64,000 nucleotides of DNA from an uncultured Acidobacteriota bacterium (GTDB lineage: Bacteria; Acidobacteriota; UBA6911): contig CAWEJX010000008.1 of the NCBI GenBank assembly GCA_963809485.1, positions 128,001 to 192,000 of the forward strand, written 5' to 3'. Below are positions 54,137-64,000 of this stretch, piece after piece. Both the position numbers and the translations under genes were made by a program. Numbering within the stretch: position 1 is the first letter of the stretch; every line of letters starts with the position of its first letter. A model generated the notes under the pieces. It was not told where the DNA came from, made no database searches, and worked only from the letters and a program-made list of their open reading frames with translations.

Positions 54137-56527
54137 TTGGCTCGAATTGCTTGTCGTTCCGGCGTGCACATTTCTTGCGGGTATATGGGCAAAGGAATCT
54201 CAGGTTTGATTCAGGGGAAGGCGGCTAAAACCGGGATCGGTTTGTGCTTCCTGAGCGCCTGCATTGCTGCGTCGTCAATGCAGAGGTTCGGCCGCGAATC
54301 GATTTCGTTGCCGACCGACTCTGAGCTTCTTGCCAAGCCCGGCGTGGTTCAAATCTGGGCAGAGCGCCTGCTGGCGGACAGCCAGAAGGTCCGGGCACAA
54401 GCCGCTTCGGAGTTGATACAGGGCGGCGCAAAATCCCTGCCTCTTCTTCGTCGCTTTCTGTTCGGCAGCAATGCAGCGTTGCGCCGCGAATCTTTCGAGA
54501 TCACCCGCCGCATCGGCGCGGATGCCATTCCCCTGCTTACCGGGTTGCTGGAATCGAATGAGATACCCACCAGGAGGCAGGCCATAAGCGTGTTGGTCGA
54601 TCTTGCGCCCGATACTCAAACGGTACAACCCGCGCTGATCCGCGCGCTTTATGACGCAGACCTGCCGGTGGCGCGCGATGCAGCCCGGGCATTAGGTGCG
54701 TTGGGCGTACGGGCCAGCCCGTCGCTCCCACACCTGGTGAAGTCGCTTTCTCACCAGGATCCGCAGGTACGCCTTTATGCCGCGGAGGCACTGGCGTCTA
54801 TTGGCCCCTATGCGGCCGCAGCGACACCCGATTTGGCACAGGCCCTTCGCGACCCCATTCCCGGCGTGCGCTGGGCCGCATGCGAAGCCCTGGCAGCCAT
54901 CGGGCCGCCCGCAGCCTCCTCGGTGCCGGCCTTGATAGAAGCCCTGAAGGATGAGTTTCTTTACGTACGCATTTGCGCAGCCGGCGCCCTGGGTAGCATT
55001 GGATCGAAAACGGAAAGGGTGCTTGCGGCGCTGAAACATGCTGCAAACGATCCGGCGATGCATGCAGAAGTGGAGTGGGCGCTGCATCAAATTTCGGAAA
55101 CATCGCCAGGCGCGAGTCCAGCTCCTTCCGATCAGCCTGTGGAAGGTGCCGTGCAGGAAGCAGCGGCTTTACCGGGACAGTCAAGGGGTGCTTCGGAGGC
55201 GGTTGCTGATGACCGAGGGTATCCGCCGGACATTTGGAACATAGAAAGCGGCCGGAATATCGTCTGGACTGTTCCCTTGGGAGATCAGACGTTTGGCCGG
55301 CCTGTGGTGGCCGGCGATGTGGTTTACGTGGGAACCGACAACGGGCGGAAGATGAACCGGGCCGGTCCAGAAGAGTGCGGCGTGCTTCTTGCGTTCAGGG
55401 CAAAAGACGGTGCTTTTCTCTGGCAGGATGCGGCACCGCAAGTAAAGCAGAGAGGACTGGATGGATTCCTGCTTTCCTCGACCACCAGCACTCCGCATGT
55501 TGAGGGGGATCGCTTGTATTATGTCACTGCCGAGTGCCAGCTCCGCTGTCTGGACACCCAGGGCTTCCGGGATGGCAAGAACGACGGTCCTTTTCAAAAT
55601 GAGACTATCCGGGACGAAAATGCCGCTGATATCGTCTGGGAACTGGACATGTGCGAAAAGCTGGGTGTCTTCCCCCATGAAGCTACCAACAGCGATGTGA
55701 CAGCATCGGGCAATATGCTGTTCGTCTCAACATCCAACGGTCGAAACGAAGGACACACGCGTGTGCCGTCCCCGCGAGCGCCGAGTCTGATCGCGGTCGA
55801 CAAGCGTTCCGGCGAAGTGGTTTGGAGGGCGGTCGGGGCCGGCGCAGACGTGCTGCACGGGCAGTGGTGCAGTCCTTCGGTTGCGAATGTAAACGCGCGC
55901 GTTCAGGTGCTTTTTGGAGGAGGAGATGGATGGCTTCGTGCCTACGATGCGGATTCGGGGAGTGAGCTCTGGCGGTTTGCAGGGAATCCTCCGGAGGCAT
56001 ATTGGCGACCGCGGCCCGGGGCTTTTTCACGCAGCTCGATCATCGCTGCTCCGGTTTACAGTGATGGCCGCGTTTTTATCGCCATGGGCCAGGATCCTTC
56101 GCATGGAAACGGACCTTCCCTGCTTCATGCGGTCAGTCCCAATGGGCATGGAGACGTTACGAACAGCAGAGGCCTCTGGACCTGTTCCAAGGTCGGCCGC
56201 GTGCTGGGGACGCCGATAGTAAAGGAGGGGCTGCTTTATGTGGGAGATCTGGGCGGCGTGGTGCACTGCCTGGATGCCGCGACGGGTGCTGTCGTCTGGA
56301 CACACGACACAATGGCCCCCATCTGGGGCTGCCTGATGACGGCCAAAGACCGGCTGTATGTGGGCAACACCGACGGGGTCATGACCATCCTGCGGACAGG
56401 ACGCCGGAGGAAGGAACTGGCACGGATTGAAATGGACGCACCGCTCTATTCGCGCCCGGCGCTGGTATACGGAACCCTTTATCTTGCCACCGCAAAGCAT
56501 TTGTACCGTATCGGGGAAAAGCCGTGA
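54137..56527 (+). CDS. HEAT-repeat protein fused to a PQQ-like/BamB beta-propeller
   Basis: Repeats of L..AL.D....VR..AA.AL..IG followed by W...G...PVV..D.VY blades; start uncertain (perhaps 54185). Confidence 0.8.
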   Translation: MARIACRSGVHISCGYMGKGISGLIQGKAAKTGIGLCFLSACIAASSMQRFGRESISLPTDSELLAKPGVVQIWAERLLADSQKVRAQAASELIQGGAKSLPLLRRFLFGSNAALRRESFEITRRIGADAIPLLTGLLESNEIPTRRQAISVLVDLAPDTQTVQPALIRALYDADLPVARDAARALGALGVRASPSLPHLVKSLSHQDPQVRLYAAEALASIGPYAAAATPDLAQALRDPIPGVRWAACEALAAIGPPAASSVPALIEALKDEFLYVRICAAGALGSIGSKTERVLAALKHAANDPAMHAEVEWALHQISETSPGASPAPSDQPVEGAVQEAAALPGQSRGASEAVADDRGYPPDIWNIESGRNIVWTVPLGDQTFGRPVVAGDVVYVGTDNGRKMNRAGPEECGVLLAFRAKDGAFLWQDAAPQVKQRGLDGFLLSSTTSTPHVEGDRLYYVTAECQLRCLDTQGFRDGKNDGPFQNETIRDENAADIVWELDMCEKLGVFPHEATNSDVTASGNMLFVSTSNGRNEGHTRVPSPRAPSLIAVDKRSGEVVWRAVGAGADVLHGQWCSPSVANVNARVQVLFGGGDGWLRAYDADSGSELWRFAGNPPEAYWRPRPGAFSRSSIIAAPVYSDGRVFIAMGQDPSHGNGPSLLHAVSPNGHGDVTNSRGLWTCSKVGRVLGTPIVKEGLLYVGDLGGVVHCLDAATGAVVWTHDTMAPIWGCLMTAKDRLYVGNTDGVMTILRTGRRRKELARIEMDAPLYSRPALVYGTLYLATAKHLYRIGEKP

Positions 56528-56544
56528 TGCGGGTGCGCCATGTT

Positions 56545-57975
56545 TTATATGCCTGGAGCGCCGCGGAGGATAACCGGTTTTTGACGGGCATATTCAAGCA
56601 GGTGGCGCGCCTGCGCAACCTTTTCAGCCAGAGGGCCTGATTCGGAATAGCCGGCGGCGAAGATGATGATCGAGCTTTCGGTTTCCTCTACCTTTAGGGA
56701 GGGGATGGTTTGTGTGCTGTCGCGGGAAAGGACACGCGCCAACCGCAGGATGCCGCACAACTCTATCGCATGCTGCCTCTGTCCTTCGGACAGACCGGAA
56801 TAGGGCTCCCCATCGGGGCCCCGAAACATTCCGCGTTGGCCCTGAACAATCATCGCGACGACGGCTAAAGACTCGGGCGGGAAACCCAGCGTGCAGGGGA
56901 GTCCGAAATGCAGGGCAGCGGATTCCGCATCGAGGTCTTCCCTGCTCATTTTGCGCCTGAATTCCTGAAGGATTGCCGCAAGGCGCAAAATATTCCGCTC
57001 GCCGGCAATTTCCGAGCGCCTTCCAGACCGCAAGCCATTCAGCATCTGCAGCGCCAGGTGCCGGATATGGCGCGCGCGGCTTAGACTGATTCCCCGATAA
57101 AAAGCCCATTTATCGATCATTTTCATGGTTGCAGAAGGCAGCTGGTTCTGCGCCGGGAGGGCGAGCCGCCAGGCTCTCCAAAGTGAATCCCTTCCCGCCA
57201 TTTTTGCCCGGTAGCGCCCGATGCGCTCTGCTTTCTCTCCGGCCAGCAGAGCCCGCCATCGTTCCTTGCTCTCCTTATCAGGAAATACGCCAAACCGGAG
57301 TGCAGTCTGCCAGAATAGGGAGAGGTCGTGCGCCTCCCCGAGACAGTCCTGTATCTCCCGGAGATCCTTGGCCCATGCATCGTGCAATAGCGGGAGGAAA
57401 TTTTCGACCGTGTATCGGAATCTCTTGATGCCGATGCGAAGCCTGTGATAGGCCGCATCGCTCCGGTTGCGCAATGCCTGCTTATGGAGTGCATGGGCCT
57501 CATTCCATGCCTGCAGGGCGCTCAGCTGGAATATCGTGCCTCCGGACGGCAGATGGCGGGCTCGGGTCTGCAGCCGGCCGATCAAACTGCGCCACCGGTC
57601 CCGTTTGAAGGTATGCAAAGCATCCATGGCGGCATGTTTTAGCTTCCTCTCCCTTTGAGCGAGATGAAACAACATTGCCATCGACACTATATCTTCCGGC
57701 ACACCGAGACGGCCTACCCACTCCTCCATGATTTGTGTATCCCTCAGTGCGCCAAGCCGCCTGAATAGCTGTCTCCCTTCCTTGAGCAGGCTCTTCCATC
57801 TTTTGTCGGGATCGGTCGCCATGATCCCCTCAGCCATGGACCTGCAGCGGCGCAGGGCGACCCGCAGATCATGAACCCGGTCCGGATCCAAATCACGGCT
57901 TGCGCCGTCGAGCTCGGCTAAAACTCGCTCCATCCAATAAGACAATCCGAATGGCGTGCTCTTTTCAGCGTTCAT
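56545..57975 (-). CDS. CHAD-domain protein with degenerate Ppx/GppA-like C-terminal domain
   Basis: VHDLRVALRR.R, LG.LRD, HRLRI..KRFRY..E and QD.LG..HD. Confidence 0.85.
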   Translation of the reverse strand: MNAEKSTPFGLSYWMERVLAELDGASRDLDPDRVHDLRVALRRCRSMAEGIMATDPDKRWKSLLKEGRQLFRRLGALRDTQIMEEWVGRLGVPEDIVSMAMLFHLAQRERKLKHAAMDALHTFKRDRWRSLIGRLQTRARHLPSGGTIFQLSALQAWNEAHALHKQALRNRSDAAYHRLRIGIKRFRYTVENFLPLLHDAWAKDLREIQDCLGEAHDLSLFWQTALRFGVFPDKESKERWRALLAGEKAERIGRYRAKMAGRDSLWRAWRLALPAQNQLPSATMKMIDKWAFYRGISLSRARHIRHLALQMLNGLRSGRRSEIAGERNILRLAAILQEFRRKMSREDLDAESAALHFGLPCTLGFPPESLAVVAMIVQGQRGMFRGPDGEPYSGLSEGQRQHAIELCGILRLARVLSRDSTQTIPSLKVEETESSIIIFAAGYSESGPLAEKVAQARHLLEYARQKPVILRGAPGI

Positions 57976-58003
57976 CAGCGGTTTTTTCAGCGTCTGTCAG
58001 CGT
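57964..58003 (-). repeat. Stand-alone TCAGCG repeat tract
   Basis: ttcagcgttcatcagcggttttttcagcgtctgtcagcgt: four units spaced 10-12 bp. Confidence 0.6.
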
Positions 58004-58029
58004 CACCTGATCCTGGTGCTGTCCGGGGA

Positions 58030-58841
58030 TCAGTATTTCGCCGGCACCATGCGTCTGCCTTTGAGCGCCACGCTGTCGTCGTATTTCCCCTTGTTGGACC
58101 GGTCCCCCAGTTTCACCTTCTGCTTGGGAACTTTCTCATAGGGGATCAGACGCAGAATATGTTCAATGCAATTCAGCCGGGCCTTTTTCTTGTCGTTGGA
58201 ATCCAGAATATACCAGGGGCACTGCTTTGTGTCGGTTGCTTCCAGCATCAGGTCCCGTGCGCGGGAATAGTCATACCATCGGCGGTACGATTCCAGTGTC
58301 CATAGGGCTGAGCTTCCATTGGCGCAGCGGATCGACTATACGCGCTTCAAACCGGCGTTGCTGTTCCTTCATGCCGACCTCAAGCCAGATCTTGATGAGG
58401 ATAATGCCGCCAGTCCACATATATTTCTCAAATACAGGGCAGTGCTTGAGGAAACCATCATGCTGCGCCTTCGTGCAAAATCCCATGACGTATTCCACGC
58501 CCGCGCGGTTGTACCAGCTGCGGTCAAAAATCACCATTTCGCCCGCGGCGGGGAAATGTTGAAGATAGCGTTGCATATACATCTGAGTTTTCTCACGGTC
58601 GGATGGGGCGGGCAAGGCGACGGACCGGAAGACCCTGGGACTCGTGCGCTCCGTGATCGCGCGAATGGTGCCGCCCTTGCCCTGCCGCATCGCGCCCTTC
58701 AAAAACGACGATCACTCTCAAACCCTTGTACTTAATCCAGTCCTGCAGTTTGCAGAGCTCGGCCTGGAGCCGGCGCAGTTCCTTCATGTATTTCTTGCCC
58801 TTCAATTTTCCCTGCTCTTCTTCCTTCTCTTTTTTAGCCAT
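58030..58841 (-). CDS. ppk2: Polyphosphate kinase 2, split by two frameshifts
   Basis: FEGRDAAG(K)GG, FDRSWYNRAGVE, WKLSPMD and KKARLNCI.H. Confidence 0.9.
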
Positions 58842-59007
58842 GATTCCATTGCTCCCCTATTTGACAATCGGCCCCGTTTCAAATCCACGAAATGCAGCAC
58901 ATCGCTTTGCCAGGCGATAAACTGAATCTTAGGTCTTACAGTCAGATTGATACACTGGCATTTTTACCAGGGTATAGCGGAGATTGACGGAGCCTGTTTT
59001 TGTTTCA

Positions 59008-59788
59008 CTATTTCATGCTATTCCTCAAATCGACCAGTACCTGATCCATGTAGTCCACCCGGATAAATCCAAGGCGCGGATACTCGAGGTCGAGAACGAC
59101 GTAAATCGCTGCAGCCATGGCGAGCGAAAAACACAGCATGTGAATCCACGTGCGCCCTTTCCCCTCCGCCATGGCGTGGCCGGCCAGCAGGGAACTGGCC
59201 AACGCGAGAACAAAAAGCAAAATGAAGATGATGCGTGGCGGATGCATCTGACTCGCCATCGTTCGCGTTGTCGTGATATCGATCATCGCATTCAGAGCCG
59301 GAAGAAGCAGTTTGGCCGCATCAGGGTGGGCATCGGGCAGACGGGATGCCGCTATAGACTGCCGCCAGATCTCGCCCTGGAGTTTTGCCGATCGCGCCAA
59401 TTCCTTGTTGACTGCCGCCATGTCCGGCACGAGCCGATAGGTCTCCAAACGGGAATCCAGGTACTGGCGGAACAACTCCCGCAGCTGCCGGCTGAGAGGC
59501 GCCTGGCAGCAGGTCAACCCGCAAATATGCGGTTCCGATATCGTTGCTCTCCTCCACAATCAATTGCCGCCTGCCATCGAATCTCGACATTGCACCGGAA
59601 AATGTGAATGCGATGAGCAACCCCAACAGAGCAAGCACTGCGCCCTCCAGTGTGCTGACTCCGGTCTTGCGGACTTCCGGATTCTGAGCCAGGCGATGCA
59701 CGCCGACGCGCCGGCCTATTTCCAGAAATACCATCATCGCAACCAGCATTCCACCTGTGATCAGCAAAATAGTAAAAACGAAATTCAT
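59008..59788 (-). CDS. DUF4239/bestrophin-like membrane protein, frameshifted
   Basis: GAVLALLGLLIAFTFS.A..RFD.RR..EE.N.IGTAYLR and LDLEYPR.G.I. Confidence 0.75.
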
Positions 59789-59901
59789 ATCAGGTTCTCC
59801 AATGAAGGAAACGGTCTCCCGGCAAAAGCGGTCTCCTCGCGGATGCTCACGAGTCTCTTTTCGCTTGTCCATTTCCAGCAAAGCTCTTCTGCACCATAGT
59901 T

Positions 59902-61206
59902 TTATTTTATCCATAATACTACTTGCTTGTATCCTGTTTTCTCGCTTGGCGGGATCACTAATGGACGGCCGATCGCCCGCATGATATATGCCGGCTCAAG
60001 ATCTAACTCGATCAGTTTCCGGAAGGCGATCATGTACTTGGAGGAGTGCCTGAAAAACTTTTTATATCCGGCGCAAAGGTAATGAAGCCCCGGCTCCGCG
60101 TGTGGAGATTGGATAAAACGGTGCTTCGGACAGCCTCCCCAGCAGGCCTGCAACACGTCACATTCCCGGCAGCAGCGCGGCAGGGTGTGCTCCTTATGCG
60201 GGCCAAAACCGCCGGTCTACTGAGGACTGAACCATGCTGCGCGAGATTCATCGTTTCGAAGATTGCCCAGGAGGTATTCCGGATAGACATAATGATCGCA
60301 GGCGTATACGTCGCCATTGTGCTCGACCGCCACCGCGCGGCCGCACTGCCGTGCGAAAACACAGATCGGAGAGCCATTGCCGACTGCGGCATTAAGCGCC
60401 CATTCAAAATTCATGACAAACACCTTGCCTACATCCTGACGCACCCATTCATCAAAAATGGCAATCAAAAAATCGCCGTATTTTTCCGGTTCTACCGTCC
60501 AGGATGTAACTTGGGTATTCGTCTCTTTGGTGTCGAGGGCTGCAGGCATGGCAAGCCGCAATCCGTATCCTGCCGCTTTCTGATCCGCAATTCGTTCGAC
60601 GACAGGTGTAAATTGGATAAAGGCAGCGCCCTGCTCCTTGAAAAAATGATAGACGTCAAGCGGCCGATAAGCCGTCTCCCTGGCCACGGAGGCAAGCACA
60701 TTGAATTCCACTCCCCACTTCTTTAACAATCTCATGCCCCGCATCACTTCATTAAAGGTGGGTTGACCTGCGCGATTGCGCCGGTACCGGTCGTGGATAT
60801 CCGCCGGCCCGTCCAAACTCAATCCGACCAGGAAGCCGTTTTGCTTAAAAAATTCACACCATTCGTCCGTTAAAAGCGTCCCATTGGTCTGAATGGAGTT
60901 TCTAATCGTTTTGGAAGCCAGGTATGGTTTCTGGCACATCACTACTCTTCGATAGAAATCGATCCCGCGCAATGTCGGTTCCCCCCCCTGCCAGACAAAC
61001 TCTACTTCCGGCGTCGGTTGGGACTGAACATAGCTTTTGATGTATGCCTTCATCACCCCATCCGGCATTCCAAGATTTTCTTTTGCGGGGTAGAGATTCT
61101 CCTTTTCCAGATAAAAACAATAATCACATTTGAGATTGCAGGTAGAACCCATGGGCTTAGCGAGCGCATGAATCCCTTGAGGAATTTCCAGTTGAGGTTT
61201 ATCCAT
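59902..61206 (-). CDS. Anaerobic sulfatase maturase (radical SAM-SPASM), frameshifts in the 3' part
   Basis: KP.G..CNLKCDYCFY, WQGGEPTL, QTNG, ACDHYV, C.GGCPKHR and YLC.GYK. Confidence 0.9.
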
Positions 61207-61219
61207 CGTATACCCAGAA

Positions 61220-61318
61220 GGGGACAGTCACCAGTGTCCCCGTTTCCCGACCTGGAACTATGAGCAGCCGGCGCATCGGTGCCAGGTTCCTACCACAGGG
61301 ACACTGGTGACTGTCCCC
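61220..61318. repeat. Inverted doublet of a 22-bp REP-like palindrome
   Basis: ggggaca-gtcaccag-tgtcccc at 61220-61241 and its reverse complement at 61298-61318. Confidence 0.8.
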
Positions 61319-61434
61319 CTTTTCTCCTCGCAGACATTAGAATCCTCTTCTCCGAAAATCCTATCGGTGTGTCCCTCACACGCTCTTCAGTAGTGCCGAT
61401 TCGCAGCAAGCTATACGGGCGCGCGTGAAAAAGC

Positions 61435-62925
61435 TCAGAAACGATACAGCAAAGTTGCCGAGTAGAAGCCAAATCCACCGGCAACGAACGTTTTTTCAAG
61501 AAAGGCGCCTGCAATAAATCGAGTGATGGCGCCCTGGAACATCACATGTCTTGTAACCTGCCAGACGCCGACAACGCCGGGATTGGTGCCCACGTATCTT
61601 CCCTGGCCGACGGCGGCACGCAAAAGAAGTTTCAGGTCCGTAGTGTACACCCCGTCGGCCGTCGAGGTGCGCCAATAGCTGGGAGCCTCGAAACTCATAA
61701 AAGCGTTCTCCTTCAGGATGAATGTGACCGCAGGAGTAAAGTCGATGAGATTTGTCGGCCCGAAGAATCCCACTTGTCCGGAGTAGCTGTTGCCGGGAAA
61801 TAGCGGATTGAATGATTGAAGTCTCGGATCGTTGCGGTCTTGATCTCCAGATGCAATATCGGTGCGGACCGAAAGCCGCGGTTTGCCGGGAGCCCGGGCG
61901 AAGCGGTATCCGGTCTCGGTGGAGAATGCCCAAGCCCGCACAGCCGATCCCTCAAAAGATCCCCACTGCCAGATCAGATCGTAGTTCAGGTCCAGCCGGG
62001 TTCCCGTTCCGGTCCATTTCACCCCTATGGTATGACGCAGATCGCGCCCCTGACCCTGGTCGTAGACAGCATGAGCGCGATCGACATTCAAGTAATAGAA
62101 ACCCAATTCCCCCTTTTCGAATCGTGGTGACTTTCTGCTGACTGAAACGCCCCAGAATGTCTGTTCGTGATCCGGCCGGTCATCAAACGCGCCCGGATCG
62201 ACGGAAACAAGCTTCGCAAAGGTGCCGGCAATGCGCCATGCGTCGCTGCGGTAGTAGAAAAGAGCCCCATCGAAGCTTCTCTTCACGTTCAGCCCGGGGC
62301 TGGCTGAGATCAGCCGACTGCTTCCGATCGACATCTCCTGGCGCCCGGCCTTCAACCCGAAAACGCTGTTTCCCTTAAGCGGCTGTTGCCACTCCAAAAA
62401 AGCCTGGTGAAAGTCTGCAATATTCTGATCCTTCGGTCGGGGCGACCTCAACTGTCCGTTGACGATGCCGCTCTGGAATTCGGCAAACAGCCGGAAACGA
62501 GGTCCCAGATGCAGATCAGCCCCGACAAGATAGCGCTGGAGCAAATAATTGTCCTGCGTCGACAGAGTCGAGGTGTCGCCTCGAAGATGAAATCCTTCCG
62601 CCCGGTACCGGATTTCGCTGCTCAGTGTCAGATAACGGCCCTCCCGGCCCAGGGAGATGTATTTTAGCGGATCCCAGAAATCATTTCTCTTGGAGCGCTC
62701 GATGAGGAAACTCCAGTCCTCATCGGCCGCATTGGGAGCATAACTCCGGACGACCGGTTGCTGCGCGTGGAGGTTTCCGGCCAGGCAAGTGAATAAAATC
62801 AGTCGGGCAGTGAACAAGATCCGTGCGGTGACCCACGTTCCCTTTTTCGGACACCGCTCCATCTCCACTGCGCGCTCCTGATTCTCAATTGATTGGTCCC
62901 ATAAAAGTTGGAAGCAGTTATTCAT
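61435..62925 (-). CDS. Alginate-export-family outer membrane beta-barrel
   Basis: EDWSFL, DPLKYI.L, GRQE...GS.RL, N..RSFDG, ASGD, FNPLFP and terminal YRF; start perhaps 62862. Confidence 0.78.
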   Translation of the reverse strand: MNNCFQLLWDQSIENQERAVEMERCPKKGTWVTARILFTARLILFTCLAGNLHAQQPVVRSYAPNAADEDWSFLIERSKRNDFWDPLKYISLGREGRYLTLSSEIRYRAEGFHLRGDTSTLSTQDNYLLQRYLVGADLHLGPRFRLFAEFQSGIVNGQLRSPRPKDQNIADFHQAFLEWQQPLKGNSVFGLKAGRQEMSIGSSRLISASPGLNVKRSFDGALFYYRSDAWRIAGTFAKLVSVDPGAFDDRPDHEQTFWGVSVSRKSPRFEKGELGFYYLNVDRAHAVYDQGQGRDLRHTIGVKWTGTGTRLDLNYDLIWQWGSFEGSAVRAWAFSTETGYRFARAPGKPRLSVRTDIASGDQDRNDPRLQSFNPLFPGNSYSGQVGFFGPTNLIDFTPAVTFILKENAFMSFEAPSYWRTSTADGVYTTDLKLLLRAAVGQGRYVGTNPGVVGVWQVTRHVMFQGAITRFIAGAFLEKTFVAGGFGFYSATLLYRF

Positions 62926-62955
62926 ACAACTCGTGGCCTACCTAGAGACGCAGAG

Positions 62956-62977
62956 GGGGACAGTCACCAGTGTCCCC
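62956..62977. repeat. Third copy of the 22-bp REP-like palindrome
   Basis: Identical ggggacagtcaccagtgtcccc. Confidence 0.8.
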
Positions 62978-62994
62978 GTCTTTTAGCCGGTAAT

Positions 62995-63392
62995 TCTATT
63001 GGTAAACCCTCGGCTCTGCCGGGAGACTCATAGAGTTTGACAGCTCCGTATTTTAAAACGCTGAGATACGCTGACAAAAGCGCTGACAAGCGCCGATTTG
63101 TTCGGCGAGGGTTGGCGAGCAAAAGCCGATGAGGCGCTTTCGATGGAGTTTTCTGCGGCGGCACTGTGGCAAGCGCCGTGCGGCAAGGAGATGGGGGTTA
63201 TGAGAAACATGGCGTTTGCCACAGTGCCGCCGCAGAAAACTTTCCAGCGCGGAGCGCTGGCCCCTGCGGGGATCGGAAGCGCCTCATCGGCTTTTGCCCG
63301 CGTAAGTCAGCGTTCAAGACCAGCATAACTCCTCCAACCGCTTTGAGCGGTTCCAATCTTTCAAGCCTCCGGCTTTGCCGGAGGTTTCTAAC
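62995..63392 (+). mobile_element. IS200/IS605-end element, long form with internal insert
   Basis: Follows TAAT; near-identical to 35047-35440. Confidence 0.88.
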
Positions 63393-63674
63393 TGTGTCAA
63401 ACTGCTCAAGCAAAGCCGGAGGGCGCCAACAATAGCAGTATTGGCGAGTCACGGCTGGAGCTCAACGGCCGCATTTCGCAAAATCAACATCCTCATTCCA
63501 TCTCTCCTGCTTTCTTGGTGCTGATAGTTTCTTTTATTCCAGTAGCCTCGGCGTGAACTCAGCCAACGGCGCCAGACGACATAAACCTCTGGGGCCAGTA
63601 TCATCAAAGCGTCACATAGCAACCAGGAAGGAAAGGGCGCGAGGCTCTTTCCTTCCGATGCGCGTGCATATCGC

Positions 63675-63998
63675 TCAATCTGCCATCGCCTTCTTATGGG
63701 CGACTTCCGCGCGGAGTTTGTTCTCCTGCGCTTTTTCGGCCGTTTTTGTTTCTTTCAGGTCGATGGTGACCTTGACGATCTTGCCGTTGAACTTATTGTC
63801 GTACGCCTTGTAGTCTTCCGTTACGGGCGTCGCGTCGTCCTCCCCGACGTCAGCTGTTTCGTCGGCGGAGAAAATTATCGACTGCGTGCGCTCGATCCGT
63901 CCCTCGGCAACTTTCTTGTCGTTCACGTAGATCGTGCCCACGCCGCCTTTGCCTAGGCCGCCTCCGTCATAGGCGAATTCGAAGCGGATCGTCGCCTT
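63675..63998 (-). CDS. Arylsulfatase C-terminal part (runs off the window end)
   Basis: FEFAYDGGGLGKGG.GT.YVN..KVAEGRIE.T....FSADET.DVG.D..TPV; the maturase lies downstream. Confidence 0.8.
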   Translation of the reverse strand, partial: KATIRFEFAYDGGGLGKGGVGTIYVNDKKVAEGRIERTQSIIFSADETADVGEDDATPVTEDYKAYDNKFNGKIVKVTIDLKETKTAEKAQENKLRAEVAHKKAMAD

Positions 63999-64000
63999 GC

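Noticed and set aside
63394-63430. gtgtcaaactg...gcaaagccggaggg as another complete element
   Set aside because: Only a short fragment resembles an element end, too little to delimit.

Overview
This 64 kb window comes from a moderately GC-rich diderm bacterium and is gene-dense. It starts with the 3' part of meaB and continues as a long block of anaerobic, acid or energy-stress genes. These include amino-acid/dicarboxylate transporters, a PAS kinase, an RND efflux trio, a K+ channel, a secreted amidohydrolase, GH63 and GH13 glycosidases, MscS, Crp/Fnr and SpoIIE regulators, and a complete atpBEFHAGDC F-ATPase with very short c and delta subunits. Further along are DUF3300/DUF2950, carbonic anhydrase, a dcu-aspA-ansB-dcaP-sdaA operon, SulP, pta-ackA-pflBA, an AspT/YidE transporter, CHAD-ppk2 and a sulfatase/maturase cluster. 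Many genes are split by single indels, most likely long-read errors. Two things stand out. First, the aspartase carries a Sec signal peptide and the Fe-S serine dehydratase carries a Tat motif plus lipobox, although both enzyme families are normally cytoplasmic; with the asparaginase, porin and Dcu carrier this suggests a periplasmic ammonia-releasing deamination cascade. Second, about 14 intergenic copies or remnants of non-coding elements have IS200/IS605-like ends. Their guide and cleavage tetranucleotides co-vary according to the IS608 pairing rule, and they carry nested structured cargo. No transposase, CRISPR array, rRNA or tRNA was seen.
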